DNA of 48,328 nt, taken from contig JBAWZC010000006.1 of NCBI GenBank assembly GCA_037143235.1, forward strand, positions 1-48,328. The letters are read 5' to 3'. The stretch is from Candidatus Berkelbacteria bacterium (GTDB taxonomy: Bacteria; Patescibacteriota; UBA1384; XYA2-FULL-43-10; 1-14-0-10-43-13). Shown piece by piece: positions 37,003-45,939 of the stretch (the first letter of the stretch is position 1; each line of letters opens with the position of its first letter). Made by a program: the position numbers and the translations under genes. The notes under the pieces are model-generated. The model had not been told where the DNA came from. It searched no databases and saw only the letters and a program-made list of their open reading frames with translations.

Positions 37003-37443
37003 ATGAACAAAGCATTGACCTTTATATTAGTTGCTGTTGGAGTAATAATTTTATCTATTGTCCTGATCTTTTCATTGAAAAATGACGGCAAGACAACAGG
37101 CACCAACACCGAGAGAGTCTTTTACTATGGCTCGACCTGTCCGCACTGCAAACTTGTCGAGGAGTTTATCAAAAACAACAATGTTAAAGCAAAATACGAT
37201 TTCACTGAAAAAGAGGTCTACGGAAGCAAGACCAACGCTGACGAACTTATCAAACGAGGAACCGCTTGCGGTCTCGATAAAGACAGTATTGGCGCCGTCC
37301 CAATGTTTTGGGACAATGGAACCTGTATTCTTGGGGACCAGCCAATAATTGATCTTTTTAAAAAACAGATTGGAGTTACCAGTGCATCTATCTCAAGTAG
37401 CAGCTCGAGCACAAGTTCAAGCTCAAGCTCGACAAGTTCGTAA
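37003..37443 (+). CDS. Membrane-anchored glutaredoxin/thioredoxin-fold protein
   Basis: N-terminal TM, CPHC, GAVP cis-Pro loop, GD motif, Ser-rich tail. Confidence 0.85.
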   Translation: MNKALTFILVAVGVIILSIVLIFSLKNDGKTTGTNTERVFYYGSTCPHCKLVEEFIKNNNVKAKYDFTEKEVYGSKTNADELIKRGTACGLDKDSIGAVPMFWDNGTCILGDQPIIDLFKKQIGVTSASISSSSSSTSSSSSSTSS

Positions 37444-37501
37444 TATTATTGGATTTCTTTTTTCGTCTCTGATTCTTCTCGTCCCGACAATAACCTCGGC
37501 A

Positions 37502-37939
37502 ATGTGCCCCGTTTGTACTGTCGCTGTCGTTGGCGGTATTGGCCTGTCTCGCTGGCTTGGCGTTGATGATTCAATCACTGGGATTTGGATTGGTGCGGCC
37601 TTGATGTCAATGTCTCTCTGGACTATCAACTGGCTGGACTCCAAAAAGATTAAGTTCTATGGCCGAAAAATCCTCATATTTCTCGTCATTTATGTCTCAG
37701 TCATCTGGCCTCTCTACGGACTAAACATTATGGGACACCCAATCAATGTGCTCTGGGGCATCGACAAGCTTTTACTCGGGATGACCTTGGGCAGTTTGAT
37801 CTTTATCATCTTTGCTCTTCTCTATCTATTCCTGAAAAAGAAAAACAATGGTCACGCCCACTTCGCTTTCGAAAAAATAGTTTTGGTTTTGGTGCCACTG
37901 CTCATCACGAGTGGCATATTTTACCTAATTACAAAATAA
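37502..37939 (+). CDS. CxxC-containing multi-TM membrane protein (start uncertain)
   Basis: MCPVCTVAVVGGIGLSRWLGVDD followed by about 4-5 TM helices. Confidence 0.75.
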   Translation: MCPVCTVAVVGGIGLSRWLGVDDSITGIWIGAALMSMSLWTINWLDSKKIKFYGRKILIFLVIYVSVIWPLYGLNIMGHPINVLWGIDKLLLGMTLGSLIFIIFALLYLFLKKKNNGHAHFAFEKIVLVLVPLLITSGIFYLITK

Positions 37940-37964
37940 TTGTCTTGTTACACCGGCCGCTTCT

Positions 37965-38031
37965 GTCATTCCCGCGCAGGCGGGAATCCACAAAATTGTC
38001 TTCAATAGATTCCCGCCTGCGCGGGAATGAC
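37965..38031. repeat. REP/dRS3-like paired palindrome element, family B (inverted copy of 1579-1644)
   Basis: Spacer reverse complement TCTATTGAAGACAATTTTGTGG versus TCTATTGAAGATTGTTTGTGG. Confidence 0.9.
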
Positions 38032-38073
38032 AAATGAACATAAAAATGGAAATTAATTCAATTTGGAGATGCT

Positions 38074-38598
38074 ATGGACATAAAAAATGTTGATCAGTTC
38101 GTCAAAAAGATGAACGATGTCAAAAAAGACAACAAGCTCGACCTCTCGGCCGACGAAGATCTGTCGATTGCCATTATGAATCTGATTTCAATCGAAGAAC
38201 ACTTCTTCTTCACCGCCAAAAAGACAGGCAAAGACAAATATTTTGATCTACTAAATGAAACTAGATCAATACGCAAAGAGCTGCTCAAGAAGATTGTGCC
38301 CGAATACGAGGGCGAGGTTTGGTGTATCTCCAAACATTTACTCGCAGCTTCGATGAGACTGATGGAGGTCGGCACCAAGATGCTTGGTCGCGGCAAGAAA
38401 AAGGACGCAGACCTCATGTTCGAAAAGGCTTACAATCTCTATACCCTGTTTTGGGGCATAAATTTGAAAGCTGTAGATATTGGTGATGTTTCAAAGCTAA
38501 ATGAAACCAAAACAGACAAGCAAGACAGTACTAAAAAAGGCGTATTTTCTAAGCTCGGAGATCTAGTCAAGAAAGCCATCGACTGCTGCATTGAGTAA
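38074..38598 (+). CDS. Conserved hypothetical helical protein with EEH, CxxKH and C-terminal DCC motifs
   Basis: MNLISIEEH...WCISKHLL...DCCIE; SD GGAG. Confidence 0.75.
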   Translation: MDIKNVDQFVKKMNDVKKDNKLDLSADEDLSIAIMNLISIEEHFFFTAKKTGKDKYFDLLNETRSIRKELLKKIVPEYEGEVWCISKHLLAASMRLMEVGTKMLGRGKKKDADLMFEKAYNLYTLFWGINLKAVDIGDVSKLNETKTDKQDSTKKGVFSKLGDLVKKAIDCCIE

Positions 38599-38770
38599 TC
38601 CCTCCTCTTTTCAAGGGGAGACTAGGTGGGGTTTAATTTTAAATTAACTCTACGAGAGTTATATCTGGGGTTTAAGTATTTCTCCCCATTTTCAAGGGGG
38701 AGCTAGAGGGGGTTTAATGCCCTAGAATTTTGACAGGGTTTAACCCTCCTGTTTTGAGAGAAGGGGGTTT
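38599..38770. repeat. Three palindromic CCC...TTTTCAAGGGG...GGGGTTT repeats upstream of the DUF559 gene
   Basis: Units at 38599-38634, 38682-38715 and a degenerate one at 38743-38770. Confidence 0.8.
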
Positions 38771-38771
38771 A

Positions 38772-39134
38772 ATGAACGAACTCGAAAAAGTTTTCAATAA
38801 AAATGCCAACAAAATTAATCGTCAGATTCTTCGGCGCACAATGCCGACACCTGAAATAATTTTGTGGTCAAAAATAAAAAACCGCCAATTAGGCGTCAAA
38901 TTTCGCCGACAATATGGAGTTTTTAATTATGTAATTGATTTTTACTGCACGACCCAAAGACTTGCAATTGAGATCGATGGCGACAGCCATTATGGCACGA
39001 AAGCAAAAGAACGAGACGCTGAGCGCCAAAAACTAATATCATCTTACGATATACGGTTCCTCCGGTTTACAAACAGAGAAATCACCGAGAATATCGAAGG
39101 GGTACTAGATCAAATATTGAAAAATATTCTATAA
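38772..39134 (+). CDS. DUF559 / very-short-patch-repair-like endonuclease
   Basis: LRRxMxxPExxLW...KFRRQY...DFYC...IEIDGDSH...RDxxR...LRFTN. Confidence 0.9.
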   Translation: MNELEKVFNKNANKINRQILRRTMPTPEIILWSKIKNRQLGVKFRRQYGVFNYVIDFYCTTQRLAIEIDGDSHYGTKAKERDAERQKLISSYDIRFLRFTNREITENIEGVLDQILKNIL

Positions 39135-39166
39135 ACCACCCCTACCCCTCCTTGAAAAGTAGGGGA
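39133..39166. repeat. Inverted copy of the DUF559-flanking palindromic repeat
   Basis: Reverse complement TCCCCTACTTTTCAAGGAGGGGTAGGGGTGGTTT. Confidence 0.8.
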
Positions 39167-39547
39167 TTAATTTTTGCTCCATAGGCCGTGGAGGTTGCAG
39201 TAGATTCTGACTGATTTTGGCATTTCTTGGTGATAGAACTCCGCCTCGGGCAAGTCTCCAGGTTTTAGATACTTGCGACCAACTTTATCGTCCGAGGTCA
39301 TAACCTCGATCCATTCAATATAATGAGCAGTTTCCATTGGGTGAGGAACAGAACCAACTTTTACCTTGAAGCCCGTATCTGTTTTCTCCACAACAGGAAT
39401 ATGTTTTTCCACCGAAGCGTCAACGGTGTTTGGCTCGATTTTGTCCATATTTTCGCCACAACAAACGAGCGTCCCGCCGCCAACATGAACGACTTCGACG
39501 ATGTTCCCACAGACAGAGCACTTGTAAATGTCATTTAGAATCATCAA
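39167..39547 (-). CDS. dfx: Desulfoferrodoxin (2Fe superoxide reductase)
   Basis: YKCSVCGN...CCG; EKHIP; HPM...HYIEW; YCNLHGLW. Confidence 0.95.
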   Translation of the reverse strand: MMILNDIYKCSVCGNIVEVVHVGGGTLVCCGENMDKIEPNTVDASVEKHIPVVEKTDTGFKVKVGSVPHPMETAHYIEWIEVMTSDDKVGRKYLKPGDLPEAEFYHQEMPKSVRIYCNLHGLWSKN

Positions 39548-39696
39548 TCTCCTTGATTAATTGATTTAATTATATCATACAAAAAAACAGGCCAAACTGT
39601 CTGACCTGTGTCCCAAGGGTAACCATATACAATATTTTAATCATAGACCAAGTACCGTGCATGACTGGACGCTAAGCCGTACAGCGCTAAGCGTTG

Positions 39697-39784
39697 TGGC
39701 GGAGAGGGTGGGATTCGGACCCACGGAACCTTGCGGTTCAGCTGTTTTCAAGACAGCCGCACTAGACCACTATGCGACCTCTCC
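39697..39784 (-). tRNA. tRNA-Ser(TGA)
   Basis: GGAGAGG...CCTCTCC-GCCA; anticodon arm GCTGT-CT-TGA-AA-ACAGC; long variable arm; T-loop reads TCCGAAT. Confidence 0.93.
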
Positions 39785-39835
39785 ACGATCAATAATTTAT
39801 CATGTTTAGGCTCTTTTATCAACTGACCATCCTCC

Positions 39836-39937
39836 GTCATTCCCGCGCAGGCGGGAATCCTCCCAAAGCGTTAGCGCTAAGAATAGTGTATCTTGGCGTT
39901 AACACTGTTACAGGATTCCCGCCTTCGCGGGAATGAC
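39836..39937. repeat. REP/dRS3-like paired palindrome element (family A-like spacer)
   Basis: GTCATTCCCGCGCAGGCGGGAATC...GATTCCCGCCTTCGCGGGAATGAC. Confidence 0.9.
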
Positions 39938-39949
39938 AAAATGCAACAC

Positions 39950-40633
39950 CTATATATTCCTTGCCGCGACTATCCCAACCACTTTTTTTGCCCCAGCGGC
40001 TTTCAAAACTTTGGCACATTCAGACAAAGTCGCACCGGTGGTGACAACATCGTCGATGATAATAATATTTTTACCAATCACTCCTTTTCGAGCTTCAAAA
40101 ACCTCTCTGACATTTTCTAAGCGTTTTTCCCGTGTTAAACCGACCTGTCTTTCGGTTTTTATCTTTTTTATTAAAAGATCTTGGTATTCTAATCCCAACC
40201 GTTTGGCGATATATCGAGCAATCAGTTCGGATTGATTGAATCCTCTCTCGTTTTTCCGTGAAATATGAAGTGGAGCAGCAGTTACCACAAACTTTTTATA
40301 GTCAAAAGCAGAGAGCAATATCCTTCTGATCATCATTTCGCCAATTATTTCCGCAAGGTCTCGGTATCCGAGATATTTGAGTGACTCAATCATTTGCAAA
40401 GGCAGCCCAAGGTAATGAGTCCCAACAAAAATTGCATCAAATGATATATTTAATCTTTTCCGGCAATTTGGACATACCTTACCATCGTCAGAAATTCGCC
40501 CACAACCAAAACAAGTGGATGTTGCAAACAGTTCAATTTCATCAAAACAATCAGCACAGACAAACTCGCCATATGCACCGCATTTTAGGCATTTCTTTGG
40601 CCAAAATATATCTAATAGGAATTTATAATTCAT
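39950..40633 (-). CDS. comF: ComF family (double zinc ribbon plus PRTase)
   Basis: Four CxxC motifs; RGFNQSE; IIDDVVTTGAT. Confidence 0.93.
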   Translation of the reverse strand: MNYKFLLDIFWPKKCLKCGAYGEFVCADCFDEIELFATSTCFGCGRISDDGKVCPNCRKRLNISFDAIFVGTHYLGLPLQMIESLKYLGYRDLAEIIGEMMIRRILLSAFDYKKFVVTAAPLHISRKNERGFNQSELIARYIAKRLGLEYQDLLIKKIKTERQVGLTREKRLENVREVFEARKGVIGKNIIIIDDVVTTGATLSECAKVLKAAGAKKVVGIVAARNI

Positions 40634-40650
40634 AAAGTGGATAAATCTTG

Positions 40651-40678
40651 TTGACTTACTACCATCATAATATATAAT
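40651..40678 (+). promoter_or_regulatory. Sigma70-type promoter of hsp20
   Basis: TTGACT-N16-TATAAT. Confidence 0.6.
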
Positions 40679-40721
40679 TTACTTAAACGGAAAAAATACA
40701 TTTTTTCGTCGAAGGAGGGAA

Positions 40722-41114
40722 ATGTCGGATACCAGCAGCCAAGATTGGCTCACTGATGGAGAAGAAGGCCAACTTTCTGTGGATGTTTATCAAGACAACC
40801 ACACTGTTTTTGTGTTAGCCCCCATCGCTGGCGCGAAACCTGGCGATGTTGATATTTCTATTACCGACGAAGTTTTGACGATCCACGGCACCAGAACGCC
40901 AGATCACGAAATAGGTACTGAAAAACACTTTACTCAAGAATGCTATTGGGGACCTTTCTCTCGCTCTTATGTCTTGCCTATCGCTGTCAACGCCGACGAA
41001 GCCAAAGCTGTTTTGAAGGATGGTATGCTTCACATTACCATCCCAAAGGACGATAAAGTCAAAACCAAATCCATTCCCGTCAACGTAGCTTCACCAAAAG
41101 ATAAATCCAAATAA
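40722..41114 (+). CDS. Hsp20/alpha-crystallin small heat-shock protein
   Basis: EGQLSVDVYQ...ECYWGPFSRS...AxLKDGMLxITIPK. Confidence 0.93.
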   Translation: MSDTSSQDWLTDGEEGQLSVDVYQDNHTVFVLAPIAGAKPGDVDISITDEVLTIHGTRTPDHEIGTEKHFTQECYWGPFSRSYVLPIAVNADEAKAVLKDGMLHITIPKDDKVKTKSIPVNVASPKDKSK

Positions 41115-41144
41115 TTCTATCGCGTAACTATTTTCGTTATGATA

Positions 41145-41171
41145 AAAATGCTATGAAATAGCATTTTTTTT
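41145..41171 (+). terminator. Intrinsic terminator after hsp20
   Basis: AAAATGCTAT-GAA-ATAGCATTTTTTTT. Confidence 0.75.
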
Positions 41172-41230
41172 ATGATAAAATACAAACAAGCTAAGTAATC
41201 AAGAAAATTAATTAAGCCATTAGGAAAAAA

Positions 41231-42118
41231 ATGCAAAAAATTAGAAAAGCAGTTATCCCGGTCGCTGGTTATGGTACCAGATTTCTGCCTGTCACAAAGG
41301 CTATGCCCAAAGAAATGCTACCAATAGTAGACAAGCCAACCATTCAATACATTGTCGAAGAATTGGTCGAAGCGGGGATTACGCAAATTATTTTAGTTAC
41401 CGGTTGGCACAAGCGTGCAATCGAAGATCATTTTGACCGACATTTCGAGCTCGAAACAAAGCTGAAACAATCAGGCAAACTTGATCAATTAGCTAAGATC
41501 CGCAAGATCACTGATATGGCTGAGTTTGTCTATGTCCGACAGAAAGAGATGAGGGGAAATGGGGACGCCATTTTGGCCGCAAAAAATGTAGTAGGGGATG
41601 AACCATTTATTGTTTGTTGGGGAGACGAGATTCTTGAAGCCAACCCATTGAAAACAACCCAGCTGATTGAGGCTTATAATAAATACGGCACAACCATCCT
41701 AGGTTGCATCAGGTCGACTGACCCAGAAGCAGGCAATAAGTATGGCTTTGCCAAAGGTGACGAAGTTGAGTCAGGTATTATCAAAGTCGATGAATTGATT
41801 GAAAAACCCGGTGTTGGCAACGAACCATCACCTTATAGCACACTAGGCGGTTATATTTTCAATCCCGACATCTTCGCCGCACTCGAAAGCATCGAAGTAG
41901 AGGAAGGACAGGAACTTGTCTATATTGACGCTGTCAACGCACTGATGAAACAGGGGACGCCAGTCCACGCTGCGGAGATCAAAAACTCCAAGCACTACGA
42001 CTGTGGCAATGTCATGGAATATTTGAAAACAAATGTAGAAATGGCACTAAAGAGACCAGACATCGGCAGCAAGTTCAAAGATTATCTTGAAGAAGTTGTG
42101 AATGGTTCAAAGAATTGA
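41231..42118 (+). CDS. galU: UTP--glucose-1-phosphate uridylyltransferase
   Basis: KAVIPVAGYGTRFLPVTKAMPKEMLPIVDKP; IEKP; YDCG. Confidence 0.93.
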   Translation: MQKIRKAVIPVAGYGTRFLPVTKAMPKEMLPIVDKPTIQYIVEELVEAGITQIILVTGWHKRAIEDHFDRHFELETKLKQSGKLDQLAKIRKITDMAEFVYVRQKEMRGNGDAILAAKNVVGDEPFIVCWGDEILEANPLKTTQLIEAYNKYGTTILGCIRSTDPEAGNKYGFAKGDEVESGIIKVDELIEKPGVGNEPSPYSTLGGYIFNPDIFAALESIEVEEGQELVYIDAVNALMKQGTPVHAAEIKNSKHYDCGNVMEYLKTNVEMALKRPDIGSKFKDYLEEVVNGSKN

Positions 42119-42201
42119 TCAACACTTTGCATAATATATGCTAAGTGTTACAATATAAGCGCAGATTTCTCTGTATTCTTTTAATCAATTTCGGAGGGAA
42201 G

Positions 42202-43563
42202 ATGAAGTCGATTTCTAAAATATTTGGCTACACAGCAATAGCTCTCATTTTTTGTATTGCTCTTTCGGGTTGCACCAGCACCAAGAGCACCAGCAGACAA
42301 AAAATTGTGATTTGGGGTTTTGAATCTCAAGACGCTTGGAAGACTCTAATCAATCAATACTCTACAAAAAACAAAAACATTGATTTTGTTTACCAACAAC
42401 AAACCCTCGACGCAAACTACGAAAACAGATATTTGAACTCAATCTTGTCTGGAAATGGTCCAGACATCCTAGCGATGCCTAACGAAACTATCTATCGCCA
42501 CAAAGATAAACTAGCGCCGATGCCCGATGCCCAAGCCGCCAAAATTAACTTGGACAATCTGTTTGTATCAGCAGTCAAGCAATCCACTTTTTTTAACCAA
42601 AAGATTTATGCGATGACCCCGACCGCTGAGCCTCTGATGATCTATTTCAACCCAAAAATGATGACTGAACTTCAAAATAAATTTTACAACAACAATCAAA
42701 GCAGGGAAGAGATCACCAAGGTCAATTTACTAACTGACACGATGCCCAAAACTTGGACCGATTGGATCGAGCTTGCCAAGTATCTAACTGTCAAAGATAC
42801 CACTGGTAATATTACTCAGGCCGGTGCCGCCATCGGGACCGACAAAGTCTTGAACAGCCAAGACATCCTCTATCTTTTGATGATGCAAAATCAGACACAG
42901 ATCATCTCCGATAATTTGAAACTGGCGACCTTTAATCTGCCCAAAGACACTCCGCCAGCAGAAACTGATTACCCAGGTCGCAGAGCGATGGATTTCTATA
43001 CTTCCTTTAGCAATTCAAAAAGCGACAATTATATTTGGAATGATTCTCTTGGCAACAGTTTGGACGCCTTCGTTTCCGGTAAGGTCGCAATGGTTTTTGG
43101 CTATAGCAATTTCCAAAATTATCTCGAGCAAAAATATCCCGAATTTGTTTACAAGAAAGCTTTTGTTCCTCAGCAAAGTCAGGACGCCGACAAAATTGTT
43201 GACTATGCCAAGTTTAATGCCTTCGCCGTCTCCAAACTTAGCGCCAATACCCCTCTATGCTGGTTGATGGTTCAGGATATTGCTCAGAACAATTATATCG
43301 ACATCCCTTCTTCATCAAATCTTTACACCTCAGCTAAATCAAACAATCTCAACACCAGCATCTTGGACCGAGAGTCTAACAATCCAGAGAGAATCGAGCT
43401 TGCTAGTGCCAAATCTCTCGTCCGCGGCCGTTATCCGACCGAATTTGATCAGAATGTTCGAGGGGCAATCGCTTCCGTTAATAGCGGCAGCCAGACATCA
43501 GCAGCGGCGCTAGATACTGCCGCTGAGATCATCACTACTTATCTAAACAAAGCCACATGGTAA
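42202..43563 (+). CDS. Extracellular solute-binding lipoprotein (family 1-like)
   Basis: Lipobox LSGC; GPDI, PKTW and FxSGKVAM motifs; SD GGAGGG before ATG 42202. Confidence 0.85.
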   Translation: MKSISKIFGYTAIALIFCIALSGCTSTKSTSRQKIVIWGFESQDAWKTLINQYSTKNKNIDFVYQQQTLDANYENRYLNSILSGNGPDILAMPNETIYRHKDKLAPMPDAQAAKINLDNLFVSAVKQSTFFNQKIYAMTPTAEPLMIYFNPKMMTELQNKFYNNNQSREEITKVNLLTDTMPKTWTDWIELAKYLTVKDTTGNITQAGAAIGTDKVLNSQDILYLLMMQNQTQIISDNLKLATFNLPKDTPPAETDYPGRRAMDFYTSFSNSKSDNYIWNDSLGNSLDAFVSGKVAMVFGYSNFQNYLEQKYPEFVYKKAFVPQQSQDADKIVDYAKFNAFAVSKLSANTPLCWLMVQDIAQNNYIDIPSSSNLYTSAKSNNLNTSILDRESNNPERIELASAKSLVRGRYPTEFDQNVRGAIASVNSGSQTSAAALDTAAEIITTYLNKATW

Positions 43564-43904
43564 TCGACAATATTCTAGTATTATTGATGAGATCCGCCGC
43601 CGCTAGGGTCAGCGCCGCAACTGTTGGTGTTGGAGGATTACCAGGAGTAGCCGCAGGTAGCAATGTTACTTACTGGCAATATGTTGGGGCTATCTACCAA
43701 TATTCTTTGATCATCGGCATCACTCTATCTGGCCTCGTCATCGCCTATGCTGGCATCCTCTACATGATATCGCAGGGCGAATCGAGCAAGATTCAATCTG
43801 CCAAAGATTATTTTGTTGGAGCAATTATCGGATTGACAATCCTCTTGTTAATGGGGGCAATTCTCCAATTTATTGGATTACCAAAAGTAGATGGCACAAT
43901 TTAA
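43557..43904 (+). CDS. TrbC/VirB2-like pilin
   Basis: YAGILYMISQGESSKIQSAK...AIIGL hairpin signature. Confidence 0.8.
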   Translation: MVIDNILVLLMRSAAARVSAATVGVGGLPGVAAGSNVTYWQYVGAIYQYSLIIGITLSGLVIAYAGILYMISQGESSKIQSAKDYFVGAIIGLTILLLMGAILQFIGLPKVDGTI

Positions 43905-45243
43905 GTCAAAATTTATTTTTTTTCTACTAATGCTGTTATTTATTCCGAGTGTTTCTTTTGCTAGTGGCCTTCCAAAAGCAGATGATAATAAATATTTTAG
44001 CGTTAGCCACAACGGTAATTGGTCCACTTGGAATATTATCAGTCCTATTTGGGACAGCAACCGAGATTTCATTGATCAAAAATCTGGAGTGAATCTAGTC
44101 CGAGGCAAGCTTGCTTGGTGGGGGATCAATAAAACAATTTACCTCTATAAAGATTTTGGTGATTATGAATTTCAAAAAACTATTGACATTTCTCAGTCGA
44201 TGAAAGATCATCCCGAAGCTTGGCAAGAGATCGCCAGACTTTATAGTGATCGGGCCAATGCCATCAAGTCAAGCAAAACAAATTTTGTGCAACATGATTG
44301 GGATATCGCTTCGGGGGCGGCAGACACCATTGTTATCCAATACAATAACGCTCAGAGCGAATCATCATCAGCCTCGAATTTATCTTCAAATTCATCTTCT
44401 TCAATTGTCCCTCCATCGTCGGATTCGTCCGAAAATCATGCACCAAATAATGGAGATATCATCGTCTCCGCCCCAGCAACAGCCATTGTCGGCCAGCCAT
44501 ACGAGTTCTCCGTCAAGGTCAACCAATCGAATAATCCTGATGCTGCCATCACCATTTTTTCATTTTTCACCCATCAAGATTTTACTTCAAAAACCGCCAG
44601 CTATACCAAAGAACAAACCTGTGCTGCAGCTTTCGACACAATCAACCGTGACAATACGACCTGTCAATTCTGTCATTTCCAACAATTTACCTGTCCAACT
44701 GGAGGCACATGCGACCACACTTTTGCTGATGCCACAGGTTTTTTCAATACCGGCCAAAGCCGGATCGTTGCGATCGGCTTTGTTGGCAACAATATCTCCG
44801 AAGAAGGCTGTATTAACGATAGTTTCACTAACTCCTCAAGTATTGTCGATGTTAGCGCCGACGGAACAACGGTTGCTTCCTCCTCAACACCAGAGGAAAA
44901 TGGCACAGGTGCTGCCACCACAGACACTGCCGCCAACAATTCTCCAGACTTTGGCACTCCAATCGAACCTTCGACCCTAAGTGCTTTTGCTGGGACTATC
45001 CCCAGTATTCAACAGGCAATCAATTGGCTGACTGGTAATTTCCTCTCGACAATTATTGGTGGTTTAGCCGTCATCAGTTTGATGGTTGGCGGCATCCTGA
45101 TGATTACCTCTGGAGGTGACGAAAAGAAATATACTGCTGGTACACAGACGGTGCTTTATAGTATAATCGGGATAGTTGTTATCCTGGCTGCGAACATCAT
45201 TCCACCAGCAATCAACAACACTATTAAGGACATCTTCACATGA
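43891..45243 (+). CDS. Secreted protein with Cys-rich domain and C-terminal TrbC/VirB2-like pilin module
   Basis: Signal peptide, Ser-rich linker, Cys cluster, GGILMITSGGDEKKY...SIIG. Confidence 0.75.
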   Translation: MAQFKSKFIFFLLMLLFIPSVSFASGLPKADDNKYFSVSHNGNWSTWNIISPIWDSNRDFIDQKSGVNLVRGKLAWWGINKTIYLYKDFGDYEFQKTIDISQSMKDHPEAWQEIARLYSDRANAIKSSKTNFVQHDWDIASGAADTIVIQYNNAQSESSSASNLSSNSSSSIVPPSSDSSENHAPNNGDIIVSAPATAIVGQPYEFSVKVNQSNNPDAAITIFSFFTHQDFTSKTASYTKEQTCAAAFDTINRDNTTCQFCHFQQFTCPTGGTCDHTFADATGFFNTGQSRIVAIGFVGNNISEEGCINDSFTNSSSIVDVSADGTTVASSSTPEENGTGAATTDTAANNSPDFGTPIEPSTLSAFAGTIPSIQQAINWLTGNFLSTIIGGLAVISLMVGGILMITSGGDEKKYTAGTQTVLYSIIGIVVILAANIIPPAINNTIKDIFT

Positions 45244-45560
45244 TCGAAAAAACTCATGCCGCTATCGGCTCTTTAAGTCAAATTCTCGGGAACAATTGGC
45301 AAAACCCCCAAGGCCAAAGTTTTGATTCTATTACTTTTCTCATCACTGGTGCAGTAACCCTATTAAATGAAATAGCTGGCATCATCGCTTTTCTAATGAT
45401 AATATATGGTGGTATACTATATCTGACCGCATATGGACAAGAAGCAAAGCTCGAGACGGCAAAAAAAACCCTAATCTGGTCGATTGTCGGGTTTATACTT
45501 ATCATTTTTGCAGCCTATGTCATCAAACAAGTCGAGTATCAATTAAAGGTAAATGTCTAG
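45240..45560 (+). CDS. TrbC/VirB2-like pilin
   Basis: YGGILYLTAYGQEAKLETAKKTLIWSIVG. Confidence 0.85.
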   Translation: MIEKTHAAIGSLSQILGNNWQNPQGQSFDSITFLITGAVTLLNEIAGIIAFLMIIYGGILYLTAYGQEAKLETAKKTLIWSIVGFILIIFAAYVIKQVEYQLKVNV

Positions 45561-45580
45561 TCAAATAAAACAGGAGTATT

Positions 45581-45904
45581 ATGATCGAAAAAATTGTCAA
45601 TCAAGCACAGGCGGCTATAACAGCTATCACGCCAATACCAAGTGGACCTTCTACTGTCACAGCACTGGTTGCGAATGTTATGAATATCCTATCACTAGTC
45701 GCTGGCATCGCCGCAGTGATCTACCTTTTTTGGTCTGGTTTTCTCTATATCACTGCCGCTGGCAATGAAAAAAATGCTGAGCAGGGTCAAAAAGGCATTG
45801 TCTGGGCCATTATCGGTATCCTGATTATCCTCGCTTCTCAAATCATCATCAGAACTGTTGTCACCACTGGGACAAGTGGAATTGGTACGGGTACTGCTAT
45901 CTAA
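45581..45904 (+). CDS. TrbC/VirB2-like pilin
   Basis: SGFLYITAAGNEKNAEQGQKGIVWAIIG. Confidence 0.85.
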   Translation: MIEKIVNQAQAAITAITPIPSGPSTVTALVANVMNILSLVAGIAAVIYLFWSGFLYITAAGNEKNAEQGQKGIVWAIIGILIILASQIIIRTVVTTGTSGIGTGTAI

Positions 45905-45939
45905 TTTAACTGATTATTCAGAAAATAGATAATAGCTTT

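Noticed and set aside
44246-44980. 244-aa alternate-frame ORF inside the large pilin gene
   Set aside because: Low-complexity Pro/Gln/Leu composition typical of a +1 frame of Ser/Thr-rich sequence.
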